From Myxococcota bacterium (GTDB lineage Bacteria; Myxococcota_A; SURF-8): a stretch of DNA of 64,000 nucleotides. This document shows positions 49,305-58,664 of this stretch, one piece after another. Positions within the stretch are counted from its first letter, which is position 1. Each line of letters opens with the position of its first letter. The notes beneath the pieces are model-generated. The model was not told the origin of the DNA and did not search any database. It saw nothing but the letters and a program-made list of their open reading frames with translations. The stretch spans positions 5,696,001-5,760,000 of the forward strand of contig OZ223209.1 of NCBI GenBank assembly GCA_965140415.1, read 5' to 3'. Position numbers and translations under genes: made by a program.

Positions 49305-49634
49305 ATGCGGTCAGCATGGGCGGTAGTAATAGTGGCGGTAGTAGCCGGAATGTGGCTCATGGCCTGTAGTGATAGTGAAGAATGGACCACCGAGCGTCGT
49401 TGCGTCGAGGATAAACTGATGCTGGTTTACGTGTTCGAGGACGACCTGGACGCCAACAACCAGCCCAAAGAAGAGTTTTCCCTGCTCGAAGATTGCACAG
49501 CCACCGGCTTGGTTTGCGACGATTCCAACCCGAGCGAGTTGCAATGTGCAGAAGGGGGAAGCACTCCCGATGGCGATGGCACCACCGACGGCGACACTGC
49601 CGATGGCGACACGACCGTTGACGGAGACGAATAG
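49305..49634 (+). CDS. Small lipoprotein with a C-terminal DGD tail
   Basis: GGAGG ribosome-binding site; lipobox LMAC; ends PDGDGTTDGDTADGDTTVDGDE. Confidence 0.75.
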   Translation: MRSAWAVVIVAVVAGMWLMACSDSEEWTTERRCVEDKLMLVYVFEDDLDANNQPKEEFSLLEDCTATGLVCDDSNPSELQCAEGGSTPDGDGTTDGDTADGDTTVDGDE

Positions 49635-49944
49635 TCAAGCCAGCTTGACACTCGGGCGTCAATGTCGGAACACCGGAATTTATATCTGCCGGATGAAGAC
49701 ACGTAACCGCTGGTAAATACAAAGTTTCCGTTTTTTGGCGCGAGCTTTGCGAGCAAAAGCGACGCAGATTGTTTGAAATCGTAATTTGCTTGAAAGTAAC
49801 ATTCGCTGTAGGGCTGGTTGAGGCGACAGGCGAATGTTATCTTTTTATGATTCGATAGCAGTAGACTGGGGCTTGAATACCCGTTAAAGATGTGGGTCCG
49901 CAACGCCGGATCCCGATTGAAAGAACAACGAGGAGGAGAGAATC

Positions 49945-50751
49945 ATGCGTAAAAGTAATTGGATCTTGTTTTTAGTCGTGTTTGCGATCTCGAGTATGTT
50001 GCTGGTGGCCTGTGCCGCGGACGAATGGGATTGCAATTCGTACTGCGAGAAAATGTTGGAATGCGGGGATATTCCGGCATCGGGGTTGGATAGTTGTATC
50101 TCCAAGTGCGATGCGATCAGAACTTGCATCGAATCCAGCACAATGAGCATCGAATGCCAGGATGCCCACACGGCCTATAGGGAGTGTTTGCAGGGCCTGA
50201 CCTGTTCGGTTTACGATAATGAAGTGGACGAATCGCATGTTTGTTATAGCAAACTGACAGCGATTGACACGGTCTGCACCGTTCAGGACAGCTCGAAATA
50301 CGATGAATGCCAGAGCGCGGAAGCGGTTGATGGCGATGTGGACGGCGACGGCACCATCGATGGCGACATGACGACCGATGGCGACATGACGACCGATGGA
50401 GACATGGTTGACGGCGATGTGGACGGCGACGTGGACGGCGACTCGACCGAACCGGAATGCACCGTCGATGATGATTGCTTGACCGCGGAAATCTGCGATG
50501 ACACCGGCGCCGAGCCGCTGTGCACCGTGGCTTGCAGCGACAATTTCGTCAACGAAGACTGCGGCGGCGTGTATGAATTCACCACCACCCGCTATGCCAC
50601 CGGCGACACCAAAGACGAAACCTGCCAGGAAGTGCCCTGCACCACCAACGACGACTGCGCCGGCCTGGGTGCCTGTGACGATCCGGAACAGAGCAGCACC
50701 AAGTCCTTCATCTGCGACGCGGACAAGTGCAAGCGTACCACCACGAAATAA
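49945..50751 (+). CDS. Cys-rich lipoprotein with a central DGD-repeat linker
   Basis: Lipobox LVAC; VDGDVDGDGTIDGDMTTDGD... flanked by Cys-rich domains. Confidence 0.82.
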   Translation: MRKSNWILFLVVFAISSMLLVACAADEWDCNSYCEKMLECGDIPASGLDSCISKCDAIRTCIESSTMSIECQDAHTAYRECLQGLTCSVYDNEVDESHVCYSKLTAIDTVCTVQDSSKYDECQSAEAVDGDVDGDGTIDGDMTTDGDMTTDGDMVDGDVDGDVDGDSTEPECTVDDDCLTAEICDDTGAEPLCTVACSDNFVNEDCGGVYEFTTTRYATGDTKDETCQEVPCTTNDDCAGLGACDDPEQSSTKSFICDADKCKRTTTK

Positions 50752-50777
50752 CCACCTTTCAACGGGGACGGTTTGTA

Positions 50778-50810
50778 TGGGGTCACTTTATGGTGGCCCC
50801 AATTTTTGTT
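50778..50810 (+). terminator. Rho-independent terminator
   Basis: TGGGGTCAC-tttatg-GTGGCCCCA followed by ATTTTTGTT. Confidence 0.65.
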
Positions 50811-50857
50811 TAAAAGGCTCTATTTTCCAATGAGTATAACTGCTTCGAATTAAACTA

Positions 50858-51430
50858 CCTTCGCCTAAAGGCGAAGGATTTATGGGTGGTCGTTCAACGG
50901 CGTGACGACTCAAGTCGTCACGCATCTTCGCCCTCAACTCTGAAATTGGCTCCACCGTCCGGCGGTTCCCCTTCTTCCTGCAATCGGATATATTCCTGAA
51001 TCGTCTCATCCGTCACATTACCGCTGCTCGCAACAAAGTAGCCTCGCGCCCACAAATGACGACCCCAGAAAGCTTTTTGCACGTGCTTGAACTCCATCAT
51101 CAGTTTCCGTGACGATTTTCCTTTGATCTTCTGCATGATCTTGCTTGGAGACAAATTCGGAGGACACGACACGAACAGATGAACGTGATCTTTGGCTACA
51201 TGCCCTTGCAGTATTTCGATCTCATTCGCCTTGCAAACTTCAATTACCAAATCCCTTAGTCGCTTGCCTACCGCGCCGGAAAGAATGGGTTTCCGATACT
51301 TCGTTATCCAAACAAAGTGATACTTCAGGTCGAAACGCGAATGCGAACTGGTGCGATATTTCTCCATGACAAAGACATTATCACGCTCAATTGAAAAACC
51401 TCAAGGTTTCGCCTAAAGGCGAGGGATTTA
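50858..51430 (-). mobile_element. IS200-group insertion sequence (tnpA only)
   Basis: Subterminal hairpin TTCGCCTAAAGGCGA on both sides (about 50860 and 51408) flanking an HUH transposase. Ends are approximate. Confidence 0.88.
50918..51367 (-). CDS. tnpA: IS200/IS605-family Y1 transposase
   Basis: YHFVWITKYRK, DHVH (HUH), LWARGYFVAS, IQEYIRLQ (catalytic Tyr). Confidence 0.96.
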   Translation of the reverse strand: MEKYRTSSHSRFDLKYHFVWITKYRKPILSGAVGKRLRDLVIEVCKANEIEILQGHVAKDHVHLFVSCPPNLSPSKIMQKIKGKSSRKLMMEFKHVQKAFWGRHLWARGYFVASSGNVTDETIQEYIRLQEEGEPPDGGANFRVEGEDA

Positions 51431-51482
51431 AACCCATCGACTGACATTAATCTGCTTTTCTCTTTGCTTTTCCCGTATTTGC

Positions 51483-51510
51483 TTGACAAACGAAGCGCGA
51501 TATATATGAT
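51483..51510 (+). promoter_or_regulatory. sigma70-type promoter of the yceD-rpmF operon
   Basis: TTGACA-N16-TATGAT. Confidence 0.55.
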
Positions 51511-51562
51511 TAATCGCCTTCTCGGGCCTAGCGCCCGAAAATGGATGTAAGGAGACGCGGAC

Positions 51563-52117
51563 ATGATCATCCGCCTGACCGAAATACCCGAGCGGGGGCT
51601 GGAGATCAAGGAAAGCCGTTCGCTGGACTGGCTGCGCGAGCAGATGCAGAGCGAGGGCTTTGATGTCATGTGGCCCGCCTCCAATATTGAACTGGATCTC
51701 AAACTGATCCGGCACAAGCGCCAGGTGCGTTTGACCGGAAAAATGCGTTTGCAAGCGGCTTATCTCTGCTCGAAGTGCGGCAAGCAGTTCGAACGTGAGA
51801 TCAAGATCGCTTTACAGGAACTGTTCCTGCCCAGCGACAGCTTCGGCGATCCGGGGGTTCGTACACTGGATCTACAGGAGGAAGATTTCCAGAATTCGCT
51901 ATATAGCGAAGATGAAATCAACCTCGGACGCTACCTGGCGGAATCGGTTTTATTGGAAATGCAGGATTATCCTCGTTGCGAGGCTCCCGAATGCAATACC
52001 GAAAACCCCGTCACATACGGGGAAGATTGGGATGTCGATGAGCGAGAGCTGCGGCGCAATCCGGATTGGCAGCGCCAGTTGCAACGAGTGAACTTGAAAA
52101 TGAACGGAAAGAATTGA
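51563..52117 (+). CDS. yceD: YceD/DUF177 family protein
   Basis: CSKC and CxxxxC motifs, DEINL; directly upstream of rpmF. Confidence 0.85.
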   Translation: MIIRLTEIPERGLEIKESRSLDWLREQMQSEGFDVMWPASNIELDLKLIRHKRQVRLTGKMRLQAAYLCSKCGKQFEREIKIALQELFLPSDSFGDPGVRTLDLQEEDFQNSLYSEDEINLGRYLAESVLLEMQDYPRCEAPECNTENPVTYGEDWDVDERELRRNPDWQRQLQRVNLKMNGKN

Positions 52118-52148
52118 ATCACCACGTTTGTGGGAAAGGAGCGGAGAA

Positions 52149-52331
52149 GTGGCTGTCCCAAAGAAAGCAAAATCGAAAAGTCGCCGTGACATGCGTCGTT
52201 CGCACCAGGCGCTGACCAAATCCACGACCATCAACTGCCCCAACTGCGGCGAAGCCAAGCTGCCGCATCGTGTCTGCCAGAGCTGCGGTCACTACAAGGG
52301 CCGTGAAATCATCCAGATGGAAGAGGATTAG
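52149..52331 (+). CDS. rpmF: 50S ribosomal protein L32 (zinc-ribbon type)
   Basis: GTG start; [18 protein letters not shown]...CPNC...[12 protein letters not shown]. Confidence 0.96.
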   Translation: MAVPKKAKSKSRRDMRRSHQALTKSTTINCPNCGEAKLPHRVCQSCGHYKGREIIQMEED

Positions 52332-52372
52332 TTTAGGCTGAATTCTTGTACGCTGCGCTTTAGGAGCTACAG

Positions 52373-52810
52373 ATGATAGCAATCGCAAGCGACCATGGCG
52401 GATACGAACTCAAGCAGTTGATCGGGCAATGGCTGGCAGAGCGGGGTCTGGAAGTTACCGACCACGGATGCGTGGACGGTGAATCCGTCGATTATCCCGA
52501 TTACGCCGCCAAAGTGGCCCAGGATGTTGCTGCCGGTCGGGCTCAAAAAGGTGTATTGGTTTGCGGCACCGGCATCGGCATGTCCATCGCCGCCAACAAG
52601 TTTCCTGGTATTCGTGCAACGCTGGTTCACGATGAATTCACCGCGCGCATGAGCCGCATGCACAACGACAGCAATGTGCTGGTGTTGGGCGGACGTGTGC
52701 TGGGCGTGGAAACCGCCAAGGGAATTCTGGATGTGTGGCTGAACACCGAATACGAAGGTGGCCGTCATCAACGACGCCTGGATCGAATCGGCAGTTTCGA
52801 AAAGCCTTAG
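52373..52810 (+). CDS. rpiB: Ribose 5-phosphate isomerase B
   Basis: SDHGG, DYPDYA, CGTGIGMSIAANK, HNDSN, EGGRH. Confidence 0.97.
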   Translation: MIAIASDHGGYELKQLIGQWLAERGLEVTDHGCVDGESVDYPDYAAKVAQDVAAGRAQKGVLVCGTGIGMSIAANKFPGIRATLVHDEFTARMSRMHNDSNVLVLGGRVLGVETAKGILDVWLNTEYEGGRHQRRLDRIGSFEKP

Positions 52811-52873
52811 ATTCATTGGGAATCTTGGGTTGCGTCGCCGTGTGACGTTCTTTGTTCGACAAGGACGGTATGC

Positions 52874-53371
52874 ATGAAATGCCCTCATTGCGGAGAGACC
52901 AGCAGTTCGGTCGTGGATTCCCGGCTAACCCGGGAAGGGCGGGAAATTCGGCGACGCCGTGAGTGCGAGCATTGCAAACAACGATTCACGACGTATGAAC
53001 GCATCGAAGAACGCGAAGTGCTGGTCGTCAAAAAAGATGGCCGCCGCGAACCCTTCAATCGCGATAAAATCCGTTCCGGATTGTACAAAGCCTGCGAAAA
53101 AATCCCAATCGCCAGTGATGCCATCGAACAGTCCGCCATTCGCGTGGCGCGACGTGTATCCGATCTGAACAAGCTGGAAGTCGCAAGCGACGTTGTTGGT
53201 CGCTTCGTGATGGAAGAGCTGTTTCAGCTCGATGAAGTTGCCTATCTGCGATTTGCTTCCGTGTATCTGCGCTTTCAGGATATCTCGGAATTCACAAGTA
53301 AAATCGAAGAATTGCGGCGAATGAAGAAAAATCAGGCAAAAAAGAAAGCCGAAGCAAACGAGAAACCGTAA
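52874..53371 (+). CDS. nrdR: Transcriptional repressor NrdR
   Basis: MKCPHC...RRRRECEHC..RFTTYE, ATP-cone, YLRFASVY. Confidence 0.97.
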   Translation: MKCPHCGETSSSVVDSRLTREGREIRRRRECEHCKQRFTTYERIEEREVLVVKKDGRREPFNRDKIRSGLYKACEKIPIASDAIEQSAIRVARRVSDLNKLEVASDVVGRFVMEELFQLDEVAYLRFASVYLRFQDISEFTSKIEELRRMKKNQAKKKAEANEKP

Positions 53372-53401
53372 TCCCCAGTTCCTTCATTAGTAAAGATCGC
53401 C

Positions 53402-54529
53402 ATGCGCCCTCATGATCACCGCTACGATACCGAAATGATGTCCCGCGCGTTGCGGCTGGCGCGACGTGGCGCGGGTTTCGTATCCCCCAATCCAATGGTG
53501 GGAGCCGTAGTCGTTGAAGACGGCAAAGTCATTGCGGAAGGGTATCACCACCAGGTCGGACAGGATCACGCCGAAGTCGATGCCTTGAAAAAGATCGATT
53601 TCAAGGCCAAGGGCTGCGATATGTACGTCAGCCTGGAACCCTGTAATCACGAAGGTCGCACTCCGCCCTGCACCAGCGCCATTATCCGCTCCGGCGTGCG
53701 CACGGTGCATGTCGCCATGGTCGATCCCAATCCGCTGGTGGCGGGTACGGGTATCGAGCGGCTGCGGCAGGCGGGCATTCAGGTGGAAGTCGGTTTACTG
53801 GAGCAACGCGCCCGGCAGTTGAACGAAGTCTTTTTGACCTACATTTCCACCAAGCGACCCTTCGTGCACGCCAAGGCGGCGATTTCGCTGGATGGCAAGA
53901 TCGCCACCCGCACCGGCGACAGCGGCCAGCATTCCGGCGGTATCAGCGGCGAGGCAGCGCATCGCTACGTGCAGACCCTGCGCAAAAACCTGGATGCCAT
54001 CCTGGTGGGCGCGGGAACGGTACTGGCGGACAATCCGCGCTTGACCTATCGCGGAGCGGGACGCGCCCGGCAGCCGTTGCGCATCGTATTGGACGGAGAA
54101 GGCTTGACCGATCCGGGTGCACGCATCTATGATGTGGGCCTGGCACCGACGTTGGTAGCCACCACACGTACCTCTCGTACCGACTGGCGTAAGAATTTGC
54201 AGGCTCGTGGTGTGGATGTACTCGTATTTGCTGCGAAAAAAGGATTTTTGGATATCGGCGACCTGCTGGACGATCTTGGGCGCGAGCAGGTATCCTCGGT
54301 GCTAGTCGAGGGCGGTTCGGGTGTTTTAGAGCAGTTCGTGTCGCATAATGCGGTGGATCGCTTCGATATTATCCTGGCCCCGATGCTGATCGGCGGGCAG
54401 AGCATCCCCATGATCGGGGGTGTGGGCGTCGAAAAGGTAACCCAGGCCTATCGTATGCAGCAGATGAGCTTCCGCAAACTCGGCAGCGATATTTTAGTGA
54501 CCGCTTACCCGCAGAAAGGAGCCCGCTAG
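53402..54529 (+). CDS. ribD: Riboflavin deaminase/reductase RibD
   Basis: PNPMVG, HAE, LEPCNH...PPC, SLDGKIA, VEGG. Confidence 0.97.
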   Translation: MRPHDHRYDTEMMSRALRLARRGAGFVSPNPMVGAVVVEDGKVIAEGYHHQVGQDHAEVDALKKIDFKAKGCDMYVSLEPCNHEGRTPPCTSAIIRSGVRTVHVAMVDPNPLVAGTGIERLRQAGIQVEVGLLEQRARQLNEVFLTYISTKRPFVHAKAAISLDGKIATRTGDSGQHSGGISGEAAHRYVQTLRKNLDAILVGAGTVLADNPRLTYRGAGRARQPLRIVLDGEGLTDPGARIYDVGLAPTLVATTRTSRTDWRKNLQARGVDVLVFAAKKGFLDIGDLLDDLGREQVSSVLVEGGSGVLEQFVSHNAVDRFDIILAPMLIGGQSIPMIGGVGVEKVTQAYRMQQMSFRKLGSDILVTAYPQKGAR

Positions 54530-55165
54530 ATGTTTACCGGACTGATCGAAGACATCGGCACCTTGCATGGCGTACAGCGGGGAAGCGAAGGATTGCGCAT
54601 CGAAATCGACACCCAGCTTCCGGTGGATGAAATCGCCATTGGCGATTCGGTGGCCTGCGATGGTGCCTGCTTGACGGTCGTGGCCAAGCAACCCGGTCGC
54701 TTTACGGCGGAATTGTCGCACGAAACCGTTGCGCGTACGAGTTGGAAAGAGGCGACAATCGGGCGCAAGATCAACCTGGAGCGGGCGTTACGGCTGGGCG
54801 ATCGGTTGGGTGGACATATTGTGTCCGGTCACGTGGACGGTGTCGGGCATCTGTCGCGGCGCACACAGCGCGGACAGGCCACGGACTTAGTTATCCACTG
54901 TGATTCCAATGTGTTGCGATATGTCGTAGAAAAAGGTTCCATCGCCATCGACGGCATCAGCCTCACAGTCAATGCAGTTGACGAGTATGGATTTACGGTT
55001 ACATTGATTTCGCACACCCAGCAAAAAACCACCCTGATCGACAAGCGCCAGGGACAACAGGTGAATCTGGAATGTGATATTGTTGGAAAATACATCGAGA
55101 AGCTCATCAGCAAACATGGTAAGATCGACCGATCTTTTCTAGCTGAGAACGGTTTTCTGAAATAG
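54530..55165 (+). CDS. ribE: Riboflavin synthase (alpha chain)
   Basis: MFTGL, GACLTV, GGHIVSGHVD, GISLTVN. Confidence 0.97.
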   Translation: MFTGLIEDIGTLHGVQRGSEGLRIEIDTQLPVDEIAIGDSVACDGACLTVVAKQPGRFTAELSHETVARTSWKEATIGRKINLERALRLGDRLGGHIVSGHVDGVGHLSRRTQRGQATDLVIHCDSNVLRYVVEKGSIAIDGISLTVNAVDEYGFTVTLISHTQQKTTLIDKRQGQQVNLECDIVGKYIEKLISKHGKIDRSFLAENGFLK

Positions 55166-55182
55166 GGTTCAAGGAGAAGAAG

Positions 55183-56466
55183 ATGAACGCGAGCAAAGTC
55201 GAAGCCGCAATGGAGCGTCTGCGCCAGGGCAAAATGATCATCATGGTTGATGATGAAGATCGCGAAAACGAGGGCGATCTGGTCTGCGCCGCCCAATTCG
55301 CCACCCCGGAAAATATCAATTTCATGGCGACTCACGGACGCGGTCTGATCTGTCTTTCGCTGGATCGCAAACAGGCGCGTCAGGTCGGTTTGTCGCTGAT
55401 GGTCTCGCGTGAACGCAACTCGGCCCGCTTCGGCACGAACTTCACGATCAGCATCGAAGCTCGCGAGGGTGTCACCACCGGCATCAGCGCCTTCGATCGC
55501 TCCACAACGATTTTAACCGCCATCAAAGACGATGCCACCCCGGACGACATCGTGTCTCCCGGCCACGTTTTCCCGATTATCGCCAGAGACGGCGGCGTAC
55601 TGGTGCGCACCGGACAAACGGAAGGCTCGGTGGATCTGGTGCGGTTGGCGGGTTTGAAACCGGCTGGCGTGATCTGCGAAATCATGAATGAAGACGGCAC
55701 CATGGCGCGTCGTCCACAGTTGGAAGTGTTCGCGAAAGAGCATGATATGCTCATCGTTTCGGTGGCGGAAATCATCGCCTACCGCATGCGCTACGATTCC
55801 CTGATCCGACGTGCGGCGGAATCCATCCTGCCCACTCAATTCGGCGGAGATTTCAAGGTAATCGCCTATGAAAACGACGTCGACCAGCAGGTGCACATGG
55901 CGCTGGTAAAGGGTGAGGTCGATGACGGCGAGCCGGTATTGGTGCGGGTGCACAGCGAATGCATGACCGGCGACATCTTCGGCAGCTTGCGTTGCGATTG
56001 CGGTCCGCAATTGCAGGAAGCGATGCGCATGGTCGAGCGGGAAGGTCGCGGCGTGGTTCTGTACCTGCGCCAGGAAGGACGCGGGATCGGAATCGTCAAC
56101 AAGCTGAAAGCCTATCACCTTCAGGAAGAAGGCGCGGATACGGTGGAAGCCAACCTGAAACTCGGTTTCAAGGAAGACTTGCGCGACTACGGCATCGGAG
56201 CGCAAATTCTGGCGGATCTAGGCCTGAAACAACTCCGCTTAATGACGAACAACCCCAAGAAAGTCATCGGTCTGGAAGGCTACGGAATGCGCGTGGTCGA
56301 GCGTGTGCCGATCGAGCTGCCCTCCCAACCGTTCAATTTGCGTTACCTGACGGCGAAAAAAGAGAAGATGGGACACAAATTGAACCTGCTGCCGAAGGAC
56401 GGAACTCACGATTTGAGCGAAGAAGAACGAGAGCTGTATCAGAACGGTAACAAGACGAAGCCGTAA
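55183..56466 (+). CDS. ribBA: Bifunctional DHBP synthase/GTP cyclohydrolase II
   Basis: DDEDRENEGD, GVTTGISA, RVHSECMTGD...RCDCG, QEGRGIG. Confidence 0.97.
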   Translation: MNASKVEAAMERLRQGKMIIMVDDEDRENEGDLVCAAQFATPENINFMATHGRGLICLSLDRKQARQVGLSLMVSRERNSARFGTNFTISIEAREGVTTGISAFDRSTTILTAIKDDATPDDIVSPGHVFPIIARDGGVLVRTGQTEGSVDLVRLAGLKPAGVICEIMNEDGTMARRPQLEVFAKEHDMLIVSVAEIIAYRMRYDSLIRRAAESILPTQFGGDFKVIAYENDVDQQVHMALVKGEVDDGEPVLVRVHSECMTGDIFGSLRCDCGPQLQEAMRMVEREGRGVVLYLRQEGRGIGIVNKLKAYHLQEEGADTVEANLKLGFKEDLRDYGIGAQILADLGLKQLRLMTNNPKKVIGLEGYGMRVVERVPIELPSQPFNLRYLTAKKEKMGHKLNLLPKDGTHDLSEEERELYQNGNKTKP

Positions 56467-56574
56467 GGGCCGTGTTTCTAAGGAACAAGCCCGATTTTTA
56501 TGGAAAAAAAGATTGATTTTAATGCCTTTGTGCATTAGCTTCACATCGATACCCTTCGGGGCAACAGCCATGAT

Positions 56575-56662
<88 letters not shown>

Positions 56663-56670
56663 GTGTATCC

Positions 56671-56707
56671 AAAACGATCTCCATTTTCGTGGAGGTCGTT
56701 TTTTTTT
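56671..56707 (+). terminator. Terminator after tRNA-Ser
   Basis: AAAACGATCTCCA...TGGAGGTCGTTTT followed by a T-run. Confidence 0.8.
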
Positions 56708-56810
56708 GACTAGCGGTCTACTCGCGCCGGACTGACTCGCTATCAACCGCAGTCACTCCGACGTGTCGATTCAATGCAGCCGGACAATTAACAAGTAGAA
56801 TGAGGCGAAT

Positions 56811-58400
56811 ATGAAAGAGACGGCATTTCTTGATGAGATCGGCATTAAAAACATCAAATCCGTTTATCGGAACCTGCCTGTGGCGCAACTGGTGGAAGAA
56901 GCCTTGCGTCGCGGTGAGGGCGTTCTTGCGAGCAACGGTAGTTTGCTGGTGAATACGGGAGCGCGCACGGGGCGTTCTCCAAACGACCGCTTTTTCGTGA
57001 ACCATCCCAACACGGAATCCGGTAACAACATCTGGTGGAGTAACGCCAATCTGTCCGCCGATCCGGAAACCTTTAACCTTCTGTATGCACGCGCCTGCGC
57101 GTACCTGCAACAGCGGGATCTGTTCGTGTTCGATGGTTTTTCCGGGGCTGACAAGACCTTCCGTCTGCCGCTGCGCCTGGTGACGCCGCTGGCCTGGAAT
57201 GCGCTCTTTGCGCGCACATTGTTCGTGCGTCCGACGGAAAAAGAACTCGCCGCGCACGAACCGGAATTTACCGTTCTGGCGGTTGGGAATATGACCGTCG
57301 CCGATGAAATCGAGGGCGTTAACTCCGAAGTTTTTGTAGGCCTGGATCTGGAGACCAAGCGTATTCTGATCATCGGTTCCATGTATGCAGGGGAAATCAA
57401 AAAGGCCATTTTCACCGTCATGAACTACCTGCTGCCCATGCGGCATCAGTTGATGACCATGCACTGCTCGGCCAATATCGGTCAGGATGACAGCGTGGCG
57501 TTGTTCTTCGGTTTATCCGGTACTGGAAAAACCACGCTCTCCGCCGATCCGACCCGCCGCCTGATCGGCGACGACGAGCATGGCTGGAGCGATAACGGCG
57601 TCTTCAACTTCGAAGGTGGCTGCTACGCCAAGTGCATCAACCTCTCCGAAGAAGCCGAACCGCAGATCTACCACGCCATCCACTTCGGTTCGGTGCTGGA
57701 AAATGTGGATTTCGACCCGCACACGCGCGAACCCGACTACGATTCGTCGCGCTTCACCGAGAATTCCCGCGCCAGCTATCCGGTGGATCACATCCCGAAT
57801 TGCGTGCTCAAGGGCACCGGCGGACATCCTTCCGACATCTTCTTTTTAGCCGCCGATGCCTTCGGTGTGCTGCCTCCGATTTCGCGCCTGGATGGTCCGC
57901 ACGCCATGTACCATTTCCTGTCCGGTTATACCGCCAAACTGGCCGGAACCGAGGCGGGTATCGACGAACCGAAAGCCACCTTCAGTGCCTGTTTCGGCGA
58001 ACCGTTCATGCCGCTGCATCCGGCGCGTTATGCGGAACTGCTGGGCGAACGGATTGAAAAACACGGCGTGCGCGTATGGCTGGTCAATACCGGCTGGAGC
58101 GGCGGCCCTTATGGCGTCGGCAAGCGGATGCGCATTCAGCATACGCGGGCGTTATTGAATGCGGCGCTGTCGGGAGCGCTGGACAAGGTGGATTACCGGG
58201 AAGACGAACTGTTCGGTTTGCAGGTTCCGAGGCAGTGCCCCGGTGTGCCGGATCAGGTCTTGACACCGCGTGAAACCTGGCCGGATAAAGACGCCTACGA
58301 CCGCAAGGCGCGCGAACTTGCCGGGTTGTTTGTGGAGAATTTCAAGAAGTACGAGTCGGGCGCAAGCGAAGCGATTCGCAACGCCGCACCGAAACTGTAA
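56811..58400 (+). CDS. pckA: Phosphoenolpyruvate carboxykinase (ATP)
   Basis: TGRSP, YAGEIKK, MHCSAN, GLSGTGKTTLS, LIGDDEH, EGGCYAK. Confidence 0.98.
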   Translation: MKETAFLDEIGIKNIKSVYRNLPVAQLVEEALRRGEGVLASNGSLLVNTGARTGRSPNDRFFVNHPNTESGNNIWWSNANLSADPETFNLLYARACAYLQQRDLFVFDGFSGADKTFRLPLRLVTPLAWNALFARTLFVRPTEKELAAHEPEFTVLAVGNMTVADEIEGVNSEVFVGLDLETKRILIIGSMYAGEIKKAIFTVMNYLLPMRHQLMTMHCSANIGQDDSVALFFGLSGTGKTTLSADPTRRLIGDDEHGWSDNGVFNFEGGCYAKCINLSEEAEPQIYHAIHFGSVLENVDFDPHTREPDYDSSRFTENSRASYPVDHIPNCVLKGTGGHPSDIFFLAADAFGVLPPISRLDGPHAMYHFLSGYTAKLAGTEAGIDEPKATFSACFGEPFMPLHPARYAELLGERIEKHGVRVWLVNTGWSGGPYGVGKRMRIQHTRALLNAALSGALDKVDYREDELFGLQVPRQCPGVPDQVLTPRETWPDKDAYDRKARELAGLFVENFKKYESGASEAIRNAAPKL

Positions 58401-58434
58401 AAAAAATAGCGTTCATGATTTGCGATTTCGTTTT

Positions 58435-58569
58435 GTAGCGGCGGAGCGTGAGCCCGCCGTTTTTTTGATGGTTCAAGGCTCTGTCTTGAACCATTCGTTT
58501 TCGGTCGGGGCTCCCGTCCCGACCAGGAAGACAAACATTTGGAGAAGGTCAGGAAACGCTGCTCCAACC
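58435..58569. repeat. Cluster of REP-like palindromes
   Basis: GTAGCGGCGGAGCGTGAGCCCGCCG (same family as 47345), GGTTCAAG..CTTGAACC, GGTCGGG..CCCGACC and a degenerate inverted partner. Confidence 0.65.
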
Positions 58570-58604
58570 CCTCAACAATCAGTTATCAATGCAATACACC
58601 AGAC

Positions 58605-58643
58605 AAAAAAAACGCACCCTCGAAAAAGAGGATGCGTTTTTTT
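58605..58643. terminator. Bidirectional Rho-independent terminator
   Basis: A-run, CGCACCCTC/GAGGATGCG stem, T-run, between convergent genes. Confidence 0.8.
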
Positions 58644-58664
58644 ATTTTTGTTACCGGATACGAG

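Noticed and set aside
49635-49944. Possible riboswitch or sRNA in the 310-nt gap between two lipoprotein genes
   Set aside because: Only short hairpins (e.g. GTCAAG-ccag-CTTGAC) are present, with no match to a riboswitch consensus I can recognise.
53372-53401. FMN riboswitch upstream of the rib genes
   Set aside because: The gap is only 30 nt and no RFN consensus is visible.
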